Positions 47,302 to 57,680 of a stretch of DNA of 64,000 bases are shown one piece after another; positions within the stretch are counted from its first letter, which is position 1; each line of letters starts with the position of its first letter. This stretch comes from Candidatus Heimdallarchaeota archaeon (lineage in GTDB: Archaea; Asgardarchaeota; Heimdallarchaeia; Hodarchaeales; Hodarchaeaceae): NCBI GenBank assembly GCA_020353515.1, contig CP070695.1, positions 2,279,155 through 2,343,154 on the forward strand, given 5' to 3'. The position numbers were made by a program, and so were the translations under genes. The notes below the pieces were generated by a model. That model did not search any database and was not told the DNA's origin. It saw only the letters and a program-made list of their open reading frames with translations.

Positions 47302-48570
47302 TTAGAAAAGACCTAAGAACTTCTTTCTACTCTTTTTTGGTTCAACTGGAAGGTTATTTTCATCTTCAATTGTAAATCGTGCTGAAGGAAATCCTCTTTT
47401 CGCTTCTTCCCTTTTTTGAGGCGAGATCACGGAGAAAGGAGAATCGAGATCAGATAATAACGACTCTAAATCACTTTTAGAATAATATAATCCATCGCTC
47501 TCTGTTAAAGGAGAGTGAACATCACTTAAAACGACAATAACACGTATTTTACTTCCCAAATCGGGGTTTATGGTTGCACCCCAGATTATTTCTGCCGAAT
47601 TGTCAATTTCTGATGCAATTTTCATTACTGCCTCTTCGGCATCTTTCAAAGCCAGACCCTCTCCTCCTGAAACACAAATTAATCCTTTTTTCGCACTGCT
47701 AATATCTAAGTCATCTAATAATGGATTTTTAAGAGATTCAAAAACTGCCTCATCAACTTTCATCTGTTGATGGTCAGATTCTCCAAGACCTATCATCGCC
47801 ATCCCTCCTTCAGTCAAAATTTTTCGAACATCAGCAAAATCAAGATTAATTAATTGGGGTTTGGTGATTAACTCTGTAATAGCTTTAACTGCTCGAAGCA
47901 GTACTTCATCTGCAATTCTAAATGCAGCCATCATGGTTATATCATCAGATATTTGGAGAAGTTTCTCGTTAGGAACAACGATGACAGTATCTGATGCTTC
48001 ATATAATTTCTTTAATCCCGTCCTAGCATTTTCATATCTTTTGACGCCTTCCATTTGAAAAGGTAATGTACAAATAGATACGGTAAGAGCTCCCTTTTCT
48101 TTTGCTTGTTTCGCAATAACATGTGCTGCGCCTGTTCCTGTCCCACCTCCTAGACCACAAGTGACAAAAACCATATTTGCATGATTTATCGTGGCTTTAA
48201 TATCATCCAGTGATTCACGAGCAGCAGTCTCCCCAATTTCTGGATTATTTCCCGCTCCAAATCCACGGGAAGTGTCTTTACCTATTAATAGCTTTTTATG
48301 AGCACGAGTTGATAATAAATGCTGAGCATCAGTGTTTACTGCAACACATTCAGCATCTACACCTGCATTCATTAAACGGTACACAGCGTTGTTACCTGCT
48401 CCACCTACTCCAACAACTTGAACTCGAGGTAACCTTTCTGTGAGTATATCAGCTATTTCATTTTCTACTTTTGGAGGAGCAGAGTAAAGAGATACAGGTT
48501 CATTTTTCGGCTCGCCTAAGTTCTTAAATGATCCTGATCCGTTTAAAGCATCTTTTAAAATCGATTCCAT
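47302..48570 (-). CDS. ftsZ: Cell division protein FtsZ
   Basis: [28 protein letters not shown]; start set at MESIL. Confidence 0.96.
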   Translation of the reverse strand: MESILKDALNGSGSFKNLGEPKNEPVSLYSAPPKVENEIADILTERLPRVQVVGVGGAGNNAVYRLMNAGVDAECVAVNTDAQHLLSTRAHKKLLIGKDTSRGFGAGNNPEIGETAARESLDDIKATINHANMVFVTCGLGGGTGTGAAHVIAKQAKEKGALTVSICTLPFQMEGVKRYENARTGLKKLYEASDTVIVVPNEKLLQISDDITMMAAFRIADEVLLRAVKAITELITKPQLINLDFADVRKILTEGGMAMIGLGESDHQQMKVDEAVFESLKNPLLDDLDISSAKKGLICVSGGEGLALKDAEEAVMKIASEIDNSAEIIWGATINPDLGSKIRVIVVLSDVHSPLTESDGLYYSKSDLESLLSDLDSPFSVISPQKREEAKRGFPSARFTIEDENNLPVEPKKSRKKFLGLF

Positions 48571-48760
48571 ATAATGGTCCTTCCTTCTATAGCTCAATAA
48601 TTTATCCGACAAAAAAGATAAAGGAGATGATGTCATTCTCATAATATGGGATGAGAGATCTTGTTTTCTATTAAAATCATAGAAATAATGATTAATTTTA
48701 TTCATAGAGGGAAGACTGCTAATGATTATTCACTCTATCATACAAGTAAAAAAACTAAAA

Positions 48761-48834
48761 TGGGTTCGGAGGGATTTGAACCCCCGATCTTGCGCGCCCC
48801 AGGCGCAGATCCTACCAAACTAGACCACGAACCC
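48761..48834 (-). tRNA. tRNA-Pro(GGG), no intron
   Basis: Acceptor GGGTTCG/CGAACCC; anticodon arm TGCGC-CTGGGGC-GCGCA. Confidence 0.95.
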
Positions 48835-49097
48835 ATTTTTTGCCTGTTGTTAGACCTTTATATCATTAAATCTCTAAAATGATGATATTCAGGCATTATT
48901 GGATGAGAAAACCCTTTTCATAATCTAGTTGTTCATTTATAGGTTATTTTTGGGCAGAAAACACCATAAAATCTAGAAATAAAAAGTTGTTCCACCACTA
49001 AGAGTGAATAATGTGGACTTTCTAGTTTGAAAAAGGATTTGAAAGGAATCATTGTCGCAACGAATAAACCATAAAAAATTGGAGATGATCAAATCCA

Positions 49098-50207
49098 TTG
49101 GAATATCAATCCAAAATATTGCCAAAAAGGGATAAATCACTTAAAAGCGCTCAAAAAATGAAATCTTTGACATTATTACCTGTAGGTTATCCTTTACGCG
49201 CCAAGAGCGAAGATATCTCACCATTTTTAACCACTGATGATCCAACTTTGTTTCAACACTATGCTCGTAGTCAGTGGACTGGATTGATCGTTAAAGAGGG
49301 GGATTTTTTATTTGACTCTTTATTATTCCCTGATTATGCTTTCCGTGCCATTATTGTAAAGCCTAATGAGTCACAAATATCTAAAAATACCGAAATTGTC
49401 CTTTTTTCAGAAGAAACACCTGATCCTCCCATTACACAGTCACAAGAACTAGTACAGCTTTCAGATATTATTGGTCAAGAACAAGCAAAAGAAAAATGTC
49501 AAGTTATTGCAAAATTCTTAAAAAATCCAGATTTAGTTCAGTCCGTCTGGGCTCCTCGTAATATTCTTTTCTGGGGACCTCCTGGGAATGGAAAAACAAT
49601 GATGGCAAGAGCTTTATCTCAAACTACAAGCTATACGATGTTTTTAATTAAAGCTAGTGACCTCTTAGGAGTTTATGCAGGCGATGGTGCTCGAAAAATC
49701 AAGAATTTATATGTTGAGGCTAGAAAAAAGGCCCCAGCAATAGTATTTATTGACGAACTCGATTCTATCGCTCTCAAACGGAGTTACCAAAGCATTAGAG
49801 GAGATGTTATTGAGCTTGTCAATGCTTTATTAGGTGAGATGGACGGTGTTGAAAAAAATCAGGGGGTTGTAACGATTGGCTCCACAAATCAACCTAAAAT
49901 TCTTGATTCTGCTATTTTAAGTCGCTTCGAGGAGTTAATTGAGTTTAAGTTACCAAACGCTGAAGAACGTAAAAAAATCCTTGAAAAGTATGCCTCCACA
50001 TCTCCTATTCAATTTAATGCAGTTCAATGGAATTTTATTGTTCAGGAAACTCAGAAATGGTCAGCAAGAGACTTGAAAGAGAAAATCATAAAGAACGCGA
50101 TTCACAATGCGATTCTACAAGAAAATTCACAAATATCTCTAGCAGACATAAAAATTATCATGCGAAAAACCACAACATTAAAAGAATCATTACCTCATTA
50201 CTCTTGA
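49098..50207 (+). CDS. AAA+ ATPase, COG1223-like
   Basis: PVGYP, YARSQW.G, WAPRNILF.GPPGNGKT, FIDELD, RGDV.E.VNALL; start position uncertain. Confidence 0.88.
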   Translation: MEYQSKILPKRDKSLKSAQKMKSLTLLPVGYPLRAKSEDISPFLTTDDPTLFQHYARSQWTGLIVKEGDFLFDSLLFPDYAFRAIIVKPNESQISKNTEIVLFSEETPDPPITQSQELVQLSDIIGQEQAKEKCQVIAKFLKNPDLVQSVWAPRNILFWGPPGNGKTMMARALSQTTSYTMFLIKASDLLGVYAGDGARKIKNLYVEARKKAPAIVFIDELDSIALKRSYQSIRGDVIELVNALLGEMDGVEKNQGVVTIGSTNQPKILDSAILSRFEELIEFKLPNAEERKKILEKYASTSPIQFNAVQWNFIVQETQKWSARDLKEKIIKNAIHNAILQENSQISLADIKIIMRKTTTLKESLPHYS

Positions 50208-50221
50208 GCTATGGCCTAACA

Positions 50222-51343
50222 ATGAAAGATCCTGACAAAGAAGACAAATTTTTCTTCCTTCTTTCGGGAGAGAATCCTGAACTGGCCGTTTTTGAGTTTA
50301 AAAGTATTATCTCAACCTTGGATATTCCATTAAATTTGAAAGTTAGCTCCGATAATAGAGTGATGAACTTACATATCCTACCTAAAAACGGTGTAAAAAA
50401 TACTTCAGAAGTTCTATCCTATCTTATGGAACGACTCACACTGGTTCATTTTTGTTGTTCTCATTTTTTTCAAGTTGAATTCAAACAAACCCCTCCTGAA
50501 TCGTTTAATGAGTTAATCTCTAACCATAAAATCACTGTAGTTCAGGATTTAACACCAAGCAAATCTTTTTCTGTTATTACAAAGAGGATTGGAGAACCTC
50601 TTGAGAGATATAAACCGCGAGCGATGTCCCTCAAACTCTCTAGATATTTAGGCGCTCAGATCATCAAACAAAATCCCACTAAACAGGTAAATCTTGATGA
50701 TCCTCAAGAAAAATTCATCGCTATCTTAAGTAAACATGGCCTTTGGTTTGGTAAACTGATTTCTTATTCTCTTAGAAAAGATGTTCAACAAAGAGCAGCT
50801 CATAAGCGTCCTTTTTTCCATCCAAGTTCAATGAATCCTCTATTACAACGTACAATGGTAAATTTAGCAGCTATTAAACCTAATGAGTGGATGTTAGATC
50901 CTTTTTGCGGAACAGGTGGAGCTCTGATTGAGGCATCAAGACTTGAAATTCGCAGTGTTGGTATTGAAATAAACCCTAAAATCTTATGGGGAGCTTACCA
51001 GAACCTTAAAGTTGATAGGATTACCAAGGATTTAGCAGATTTAATATTCGGAGATGCTATTCAACTACCTTTTAGAATGAATTCCATTTCTGCTATCGTT
51101 ACAGATCCTCCTTATGGCACTGCTTCTTCAACACGTGGTTTCGATCTTCAAGATTTGTTGTTGGACTTTTTTCGGGCAATTCGTTACATTTTAACTTCAA
51201 ACGCACGGGTTGTTATCGCTGTACCCTCTTACTTAAAAATTGAGGACAATCTTGCTCAAATCTTAGATGCTTCCTATGTGAAATTTCTTCATTATGTCCA
51301 TAGGTCTCTTACACGGAAAATTTTAGTCTTTTCCCTCCCATAA
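50222..51343 (+). CDS. tRNA m2G10 methyltransferase (THUMP plus MTase; Trm11/TrmG10)
   Basis: LSGENPELA..E, RPFFHP.SM.P, DPFCGTGG, TDPPYG, VHRSLTR. Confidence 0.9.
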   Translation: MKDPDKEDKFFFLLSGENPELAVFEFKSIISTLDIPLNLKVSSDNRVMNLHILPKNGVKNTSEVLSYLMERLTLVHFCCSHFFQVEFKQTPPESFNELISNHKITVVQDLTPSKSFSVITKRIGEPLERYKPRAMSLKLSRYLGAQIIKQNPTKQVNLDDPQEKFIAILSKHGLWFGKLISYSLRKDVQQRAAHKRPFFHPSSMNPLLQRTMVNLAAIKPNEWMLDPFCGTGGALIEASRLEIRSVGIEINPKILWGAYQNLKVDRITKDLADLIFGDAIQLPFRMNSISAIVTDPPYGTASSTRGFDLQDLLLDFFRAIRYILTSNARVVIAVPSYLKIEDNLAQILDASYVKFLHYVHRSLTRKILVFSLP

Positions 51344-51617
51344 TAAAGTGAAATTGATATGTTTGAAGGGATGATAAGATTAGAAACCTCAATGAAGGTA
51401 ATTCAATCGATGGGCTAGCTTAAATAAGAGGATTTATACATGAAACATAGTCATTTAAAAGTCTGAATAAACCCAAGTTACATAGAACTTAGATCGAAAG
51501 TGAGTGACGTTTGTTACTTTTTTCGAACAACAAGGAATAAAGGTAATAAATGTCTATGAGTTGGCCTAATCATCTACTACCGTTCAGCTCATCGTCAAGA
51601 AATGCCGGAATGTACAA

Positions 51618-53534
51618 ATGGAAAAAAATAAGAATGAATTAATTGACGTGGATATGGATTTCGAAACAACTCAAGAAATTCCGATTCCCTCAAGATTGGT
51701 TGACCAAGTAATTGGACAAGATCAACCAGTAGAGATAATCAAAAAAGCTGCGATCCAACGACGAAATGTTCTTTTAATAGGGGATCCAGGTACAGGAAAA
51801 TCTATGCTAGGGCAAGCCTTGGCTGAACTCCTACCACGAGAGGAATTAGAAGATATTTTATGTCTCCCAAATCAAAATGATTCCCATACTCCCCGTATAA
51901 TGACAGTTCCAGCAATGGAAGGACGAAAAATTGTTGATCATTATAAGCAGTTGGCTCGAAAAGCGGATCAACAACGAAGTATGTTATTACTAGGAATCCC
52001 AGCAATAATAATAATTCTAGCCATTCTTATGAGTGGGGGTGATATTAATGCAATACTTATGGGTATTTTTGTTGCATTAGTAGCTTTTTTTGTCATTGGT
52101 CAATTTAGAAGTAGAAGGGAAAATCTAGTACCAAAACTTTTAGTGGATAATTCAGAAAGCGTAAGTGCACCATTTAGTGATGCCACAGGAGCTCATGCAG
52201 GAGCTCTGTTAGGAGACGTTCGACATGATCCTTTCCAATCAGGCGGTTTAGGTACTCCTGCACACGATCGTGTTGAGGCTGGTTTAATTCACAAGTCACA
52301 CAAGGGTGTTCTTTACATAGATGAAGTAGCCACACTTAACCAAAAGACCCAACAACAACTTTTAACGGCAATGCAAGAAAGACACTTAGCCATCACAGGA
52401 CAATCTGAGCTTTCAAGTGGAGCTATGGTTCGGACTGAATCCGTTCCTTGTGATTTTGTTTTAGTAGCATCTGGAAATATTGATACTGTTAAGAGAATGC
52501 ATCCAGCTTTAAGGTCACGTATCCGTGGGTATGGTTATGAAATCGCTGTTAACCATTCAATGCCTGATACAATGGAAAATCGACGTAAATTAGTACGGTT
52601 TACAGGACAAGAAGTTGCTAAAGATGGAAAAATACCTCACTTCACACGAAGTGCGGTATTAGCCATAATTTTAGAGGCTAAAAAACGCGCAGATCGTAAA
52701 AACAGGTTATCACTCCGATTAAGAGATCTTGGTGGATTGATAAGAGCGGCTGGCGATATTGCACGCGAAGAAGGGGTTCCATTTACAGAGGTTCGTCATG
52801 TTTTAAGCGCCAGAGGCCTTGCTCGCTCTCTTGAGAATCAGATAGCTGACCGTCAAATCGAACATAAAAAAGAATATCAGGTTATTCAAACTACAGGTGG
52901 TTTAGTTGGTCGTGTTAACGGTCTTGCAGTAATCGCTGACCAAACAGGGGGAGCTCGTGGAGGCCATATAACACCAATCGAAGCACAGGTTGTTCCTGCT
53001 CAAGGAGTAGGTGGAAAAACAATAGCTACAGGGAGTCTTCGTGTAATAGCAAGAGAATCAGTTCAAAATGTCTCTGCTCTCATCAAAAAATATACAGGAA
53101 AAGATATTTCAAAGATGGATGTTCATATCCAATTCTTAGGAGTTCATGGGATTGATGGTGATAGCGCAAGCGTCACTATTGCAACTGCGATTATGAGTGA
53201 TCTACTAAATCTTCCAGTTCGGCAAGATCTGGCAATGACAGGTTCCCTTTCAGTTCGTGGTGAGGTACTTCCAGTAGGGGGAACATCTGCAAAAATTGAA
53301 GGAGCCGCTTCGGTTGGAATTAACCAGATAATAATACCTGCTGCAAACTTTGATGACGTTGTACTGGACGAAAAAATTCGAGAATCAGTTCAAGTGACTC
53401 CAGTTAAAACTATCGACGAGGTTTTAGCCATCGCGTTAATTGGTTGGGACAAAAAGAAGCACGTTTCTGCTATTACTACTTCTCAACCTAAAAGAGTTCC
53501 TTCCCCAACAAAAACTGTTGGATCACCAAGTTGA
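51618..53534 (+). CDS. lonB: ATP-dependent protease LonB
   Basis: GDPGTGKS, TM insert, GDVRHDPFQSGGL, DGDSAS with the catalytic Lys downstream. Confidence 0.96.
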   Translation: MEKNKNELIDVDMDFETTQEIPIPSRLVDQVIGQDQPVEIIKKAAIQRRNVLLIGDPGTGKSMLGQALAELLPREELEDILCLPNQNDSHTPRIMTVPAMEGRKIVDHYKQLARKADQQRSMLLLGIPAIIIILAILMSGGDINAILMGIFVALVAFFVIGQFRSRRENLVPKLLVDNSESVSAPFSDATGAHAGALLGDVRHDPFQSGGLGTPAHDRVEAGLIHKSHKGVLYIDEVATLNQKTQQQLLTAMQERHLAITGQSELSSGAMVRTESVPCDFVLVASGNIDTVKRMHPALRSRIRGYGYEIAVNHSMPDTMENRRKLVRFTGQEVAKDGKIPHFTRSAVLAIILEAKKRADRKNRLSLRLRDLGGLIRAAGDIAREEGVPFTEVRHVLSARGLARSLENQIADRQIEHKKEYQVIQTTGGLVGRVNGLAVIADQTGGARGGHITPIEAQVVPAQGVGGKTIATGSLRVIARESVQNVSALIKKYTGKDISKMDVHIQFLGVHGIDGDSASVTIATAIMSDLLNLPVRQDLAMTGSLSVRGEVLPVGGTSAKIEGAASVGINQIIIPAANFDDVVLDEKIRESVQVTPVKTIDEVLAIALIGWDKKKHVSAITTSQPKRVPSPTKTVGSPS

Positions 53535-53676
53535 TATACTCTTTTTTTGATCAGGAAGCTTTCTTTCTTGTTCAAAAAAGGTACCAATTAAGATTTTTTC
53601 CTTTTTATATTGATATTACTCAGTCTACGAAAAGCTAACTCCCAGATTCTCTTAAAAAATACTATATGAATTAATA

Positions 53677-53805
53677 CGGGCCCTGTGAGATTTGAACTCA
53701 CGACCTCTAAGGAGGAAAATCGGAAAACCGACATCTTGCTCCGGAGGCAAGCGCTCGATCTAGGAACTCACTCTAAGAGCTCTATCCAGGCTAAGCTAAG
53801 GGCCC
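53677..53805 (-). tRNA. tRNA-Arg(CCG) with two introns: 20a/21 (53758-53783) and 41/42 (53709-53736)
   Basis: Removing the 26- and 28-nt BHB-bounded segments yields a 75-nt cloverleaf with CTTGC-CTCCGGA-GCAAG. Confidence 0.9.
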
Positions 53806-53821
53806 ACAAATGCGTTATTAG

Positions 53822-53925
53822 CGGACTCGGGGGGATTTGAACCCCCGACCCTCTGCTGGCTCTTCAAAATCAAATTAAGATTAGAATAGGAGGCAGATGC
53901 TCTATCCAAGCTAAGCCACGAGTCC
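53822..53925 (-). tRNA. tRNA-Arg(CCT) with canonical 37/38 intron (53858-53886)
   Basis: 75-nt cloverleaf after removing 29 nt; TCTGC-CTCCTAA-GCAGA. Confidence 0.93.
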
Positions 53926-53947
53926 ACTTATGATTAGGCGAGTATGG

Positions 53948-54052
53948 CGGATCCGAGGGGATTTGAACCCCCGACCTGCGACTTAGAAGGCCGCCGCTCT
54001 TTCAAGGAGATATATTTTCTCATAAACTCTATCCAGGCTAAGCCACGGATCC
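53948..54052 (-). tRNA. tRNA-Arg(TCT) with D-loop intron at 20a/21 (54001-54030); CCA encoded at 53945-53947
   Basis: 75-nt cloverleaf after removing 30 nt; GCGGC-CTTCTAA-GTCGC. Confidence 0.93.
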
Positions 54053-54362
54053 AATAAAACCTTTAAATAAAGTCTTAGTACACCAACACTGAATTAAACA
54101 ATCCTAATGCCAGAAGGATTGGTATTTACAAGCAAAATTGAAAAATTATTGCTTTTTTAAGAATTCTCTTTTTCTCTTAAAAATCCCATTTTTCATAAGA
54201 TTGCTATTGTTTGCAATAATAAAAACCATTAAAATTCTTTAAAGAGAATTGAGTTACTTTGAGACGAATTGATCCAAAAATAAAACGATTACGTAAGAAA
54301 AATCAAAATTAAGAACCATGGTATGGGCTTAATCTAAATTAACGTATATTTTTGGGCATATT

Positions 54363-54596
54363 TTACTTTTTAGAACCTAAATACCAATCCAAATATTCTC
54401 TATTTCTTTTCCGTTTTTTATCCTGCTCTCCAAGGCCTTCCTCGTATTGTGCTTCCAATAACGCGTCTTTTTGTTGTTGTACCATGCGTTCATATTCCTG
54501 ACGACGGAGAGCTAGTCCGCAAACACTGCACACATAGAATGGCGGGTTCCATTTCGATATGCCACCACATTCTGGACATGATGCCAGTGCATTCAC
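54363..54596 (-). CDS. Small zinc-ribbon protein
   Basis: CPECGG...YVCSVCG followed by a helical tail ending EYLDWYL. Confidence 0.75.
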   Translation of the reverse strand: MNALASCPECGGISKWNPPFYVCSVCGLALRRQEYERMVQQQKDALLEAQYEEGLGEQDKKRKRNREYLDWYLGSKK

Positions 54597-54892
54597 CTCA
54601 ATACTAACACTTATGTCACTAACTTCTATTAAAAGGTAATTACTTAAGTGTTGAAGATTGTTTCTCTTCTCGAAATATATCTGTTAGCTCACCTTTTCTC
54701 TAACATAAGGATTGAAATTTCTTTCCATAAGTTAATGATAGTTAATACTTTTAGAGGAATTGATTAAAAATCAAGTAATATCATCTATTATCGGGAACCA
54801 TTCAGTTAGAAGGATCCATCAATTAGGTGGTAAAAATACTTGGTGGTCGAAAAAATAATATAGACCTCCAAATAGAAACCAAGTGAAATGTA

Positions 54893-56023
54893 ATGTTTAG
54901 GTTTCTTCGTGTTAATACAGATGCAATATGGGAGAATCCTGTAGTAGTTCGTCGGTTCCAGCATTATTTAGGAGTATTCCAGGGAAAGAAATCTGCAAGA
55001 TACTTGATTGTTAAAAAAACTCCTGTAAATCTCTCTGATCTAATGGATCTTTCTCTTTCAGAGATGTGGGAACATCATAAACAAACTCGAGAAAGATTCA
55101 ACAAGATTGAATCGAAGATCGAAAAAGGACAAAGTACTATTCAGGAATTAGACAATCCAGAAATTTCATTTTTAGACCTAAAGGTCAGGATTGCGAAGGA
55201 AATCATCCAGAACTGTCATTTTTGTGAACGTCGATGCCACGTTGACCGAACTAAAAAGGAATTAGGCTTTTGTCGTCTTGCAGATAAAAGTATTGTAACA
55301 TCTGCTTTTCTTCATGTTGGTGAAGAACCCCCATTAATTCCCTCTGGTACAATTTTTTTTATTGGATGCACATTTCGTTGCGCCTTCTGTCAGAATTGGT
55401 CCATTTCTCAAAAGTGGGGAAACATTGATAACTTGAACGAGGGATATTTTGTGACCCCTGTTTCATTAAGCAAAATTATGGAAAAACTTGCTAAAGAGGG
55501 AGCCAAGAATATCAACTGGGTTGGTGGGGATCCAACACCTAATATTCATACGATTCTTGAAGCTTTAACTCATTTTCAAGTAAATATTATTCAATTATGG
55601 AATTCAAATATGTTTGTTTCCTTAGAGGGGATGGAACTCTTGCTTGATGTGATGGATTTCTGGTTACCTGACCTGAAATTCTTTGAAAATGGATTTGCCT
55701 ATGAGATGACCAAAGCGAAGAGCTACAAGGAAGTTGCAACAAGAAATATCAAAAAAGCATACAACAATGGTTTTCATGAGATGATAATTCGTCATCTTAT
55801 AATGCCAGGGCGAGTAGAGGCAGATACATTACCTATTCTAGATTGGTGTGCTGGAAATGTAGAACGAGCTTTTGTTAATATTATGGCCCAATGGAGACCA
55901 GAACATAAAATCCATGGCAATCCACGATATAATACACTTGATAGACGGGTATCAAGTCAAGAAATGGATCGTGCGCGGAAATATGCGGATCAATTGGGGA
56001 TCCGTTGGCGAGAGGTGCATTGA
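54893..56023 (+). CDS. PflX-like radical SAM protein
   Basis: CHFCERRC, H.GEEP.L.PSGTIFF.GCTFRCAFCQN, VGGDPTP, IRHLIMPG. Confidence 0.92.
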   Translation: MFRFLRVNTDAIWENPVVVRRFQHYLGVFQGKKSARYLIVKKTPVNLSDLMDLSLSEMWEHHKQTRERFNKIESKIEKGQSTIQELDNPEISFLDLKVRIAKEIIQNCHFCERRCHVDRTKKELGFCRLADKSIVTSAFLHVGEEPPLIPSGTIFFIGCTFRCAFCQNWSISQKWGNIDNLNEGYFVTPVSLSKIMEKLAKEGAKNINWVGGDPTPNIHTILEALTHFQVNIIQLWNSNMFVSLEGMELLLDVMDFWLPDLKFFENGFAYEMTKAKSYKEVATRNIKKAYNNGFHEMIIRHLIMPGRVEADTLPILDWCAGNVERAFVNIMAQWRPEHKIHGNPRYNTLDRRVSSQEMDRARKYADQLGIRWREVH

Positions 56024-56224
56024 TTGGAATTTTGAAATAGTATTCTTATTATTTCGATTAAAGAGGATCAAGCTAATGAGTCTCTTCATTTTGATTGTTT
56101 GGACGAATAAACTGAATAAACTTGGATATTTTGATGAAGTCATATCGAGAATAAAAGTAATTGCTTAATCGGCCTGATTCAAATTATTCTTCCAAAGGAA
56201 AAACATTAGGGGAATGATGTGGAT

Positions 56225-57367
56225 TCACGTCTTCTTCCGCTTCCGAAAGATCACTACAAAGGTACCCATAAATATAATAAGTGGAAAGAAGCTTGGAAAT
56301 GTACCCGCTTGTGGGGGCATCGTGGATGTAGTTTCAACAGTATTTGATGTTGCAAGAGTAGTTGTTGTCGATGTTTGTTCCGTCGCTTCGACAGTGATTG
56401 CTAATTCCATTGTGTCTAGAACAGAGGAGTCATTATGTAACTCTAAGGTGACATTATAATCACCAGGAGATACAGATGTTGATACTTCTATGGTTGCATT
56501 TACCTTCTCGGAATATCCTCTTTTTTTACCCTTTAGGTCAATAATATTCTCTGGCTCAAGAGACACGGTAATACCAGTAGGTGTTTCCCCAATGGTAAGG
56601 GTTGCACATCCAGCAGCTTCACCATGATTATACACCCAAAAGGGAATTAAATTACTACTACCTTGTTCACAAGAGACTAAAACCGAATCTTTTTTGAATT
56701 CGAGATTACAGGGTTTTGGAAAAACAATAATTTCATCATTTACAGTAATATTATCCAAAGCATGGCCACCTTGGGCCACAAAGCCAAAGTAATTTGATGA
56801 TGTGATAGTTGTATCGATTGGATCTGAATATAATATTCCATCGACAAAAATGCAGAATTGTCCGTTTGTATCACGTGTCACGTCAATATGTTGCCAACCA
56901 GAAACACCAGGAGGAATCCATTCATCGACATTAGTCATTTTTTCACCTTCCCGTCTCCACAATCTATAAGAGGGGGGATCAATATATATCATGATGTCGT
57001 AACCATAAGTTTCACAGTCCGCAACTGACTCTCCAATTTCTAAATTATCAGCCAGAAGAAAGATGATCAAATGGTCACCAAACAGCCTATCGGTGGTGTT
57101 AACATACACATCAATACTCCATGTTCCGTAAATAACAGAACTAGGATGATATGCTAAGTGCCAAACTTTTTCTTCAATAGTTCGCAAACATTTGTCATCA
57201 GCAGAAAAAGTTCCATTTGACACAATCCAGCCATCATAATTCCCCCTATCAAAATTATCTGACCATATAAGTGTAGCAGAACATGGATATGGTTTAAAAT
57301 TTGGTATAGAGAGGAATATAAGAAAAACAAGGAAAAACCATGGTGTTAAAGTTTTTTTTGGTTTCAT
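56225..57367 (-). CDS. Secreted/surface protein: LamG-like and Ig-like domains, Thr-rich linker, C-terminal TM with basic tail
   Basis: Signal peptide, WSDNFD..NYDGW, WQHIDVTRD..G.F..FVDG, PSF-TM-RKRKK sorting-signal-like end. Confidence 0.8.
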   Translation of the reverse strand: MKPKKTLTPWFFLVFLIFLSIPNFKPYPCSATLIWSDNFDRGNYDGWIVSNGTFSADDKCLRTIEEKVWHLAYHPSSVIYGTWSIDVYVNTTDRLFGDHLIIFLLADNLEIGESVADCETYGYDIMIYIDPPSYRLWRREGEKMTNVDEWIPPGVSGWQHIDVTRDTNGQFCIFVDGILYSDPIDTTITSSNYFGFVAQGGHALDNITVNDEIIVFPKPCNLEFKKDSVLVSCEQGSSNLIPFWVYNHGEAAGCATLTIGETPTGITVSLEPENIIDLKGKKRGYSEKVNATIEVSTSVSPGDYNVTLELHNDSSVLDTMELAITVEATEQTSTTTTLATSNTVETTSTMPPQAGTFPSFFPLIIFMGTFVVIFRKRKKT

Positions 57368-57591
57368 AAATTCATTCTCCTTATGAAAAAAAATATTTCA
57401 AAAAAAAACAATTACAAATTGGTAGTGTATTTGCATATAAATATATTGTTGGGATTTTAAAAAAAGGATCTCCCTCTGAATATTCGAAATCGTTAGGCAA
57501 TTGGTTTCTCTGATTTTGAGATAAACGAGTAAGTTGTCTTATGTTGGATACTCTTATTAAGGTTGCTTATGATAACAGTTTTTATGATTTG

Positions 57592-57660
57592 ATCAAGCCA
57601 AGAAATGGTTCAGGCGCCTATATGTTTCAATTGGGGATTTGTTGGCGTGAGGTGCATTGA
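57592..57660 (+). repeat. Decayed copy of the PflX-like gene 3' end (55951-56023)
   Basis: atcaagccaagaaatgg...tcaattggggatttgttggcgtgaggtgcattga vs atcaagtcaagaaatgg...tcaattggggatccgttggcgagaggtgcattga. Confidence 0.9.
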
Positions 57661-57680
57661 TCCGTAACTAAAGTAAGCTA

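Noticed and set aside
50027-50221. N-terminal extension of the TrmG10 ORF
   Set aside because: It overlaps the AAA ATPase; homology starts after the ATG at 50222. Upstream extensions of ftsZ, dnaG and hypB were trimmed for similar reasons.
51587-51595. 9-nt complement of the 33475 sRNA D guide in the lonB leader
   Set aside because: A 9-nt match is expected by chance in a window this size, and pairing breaks close to the D box.
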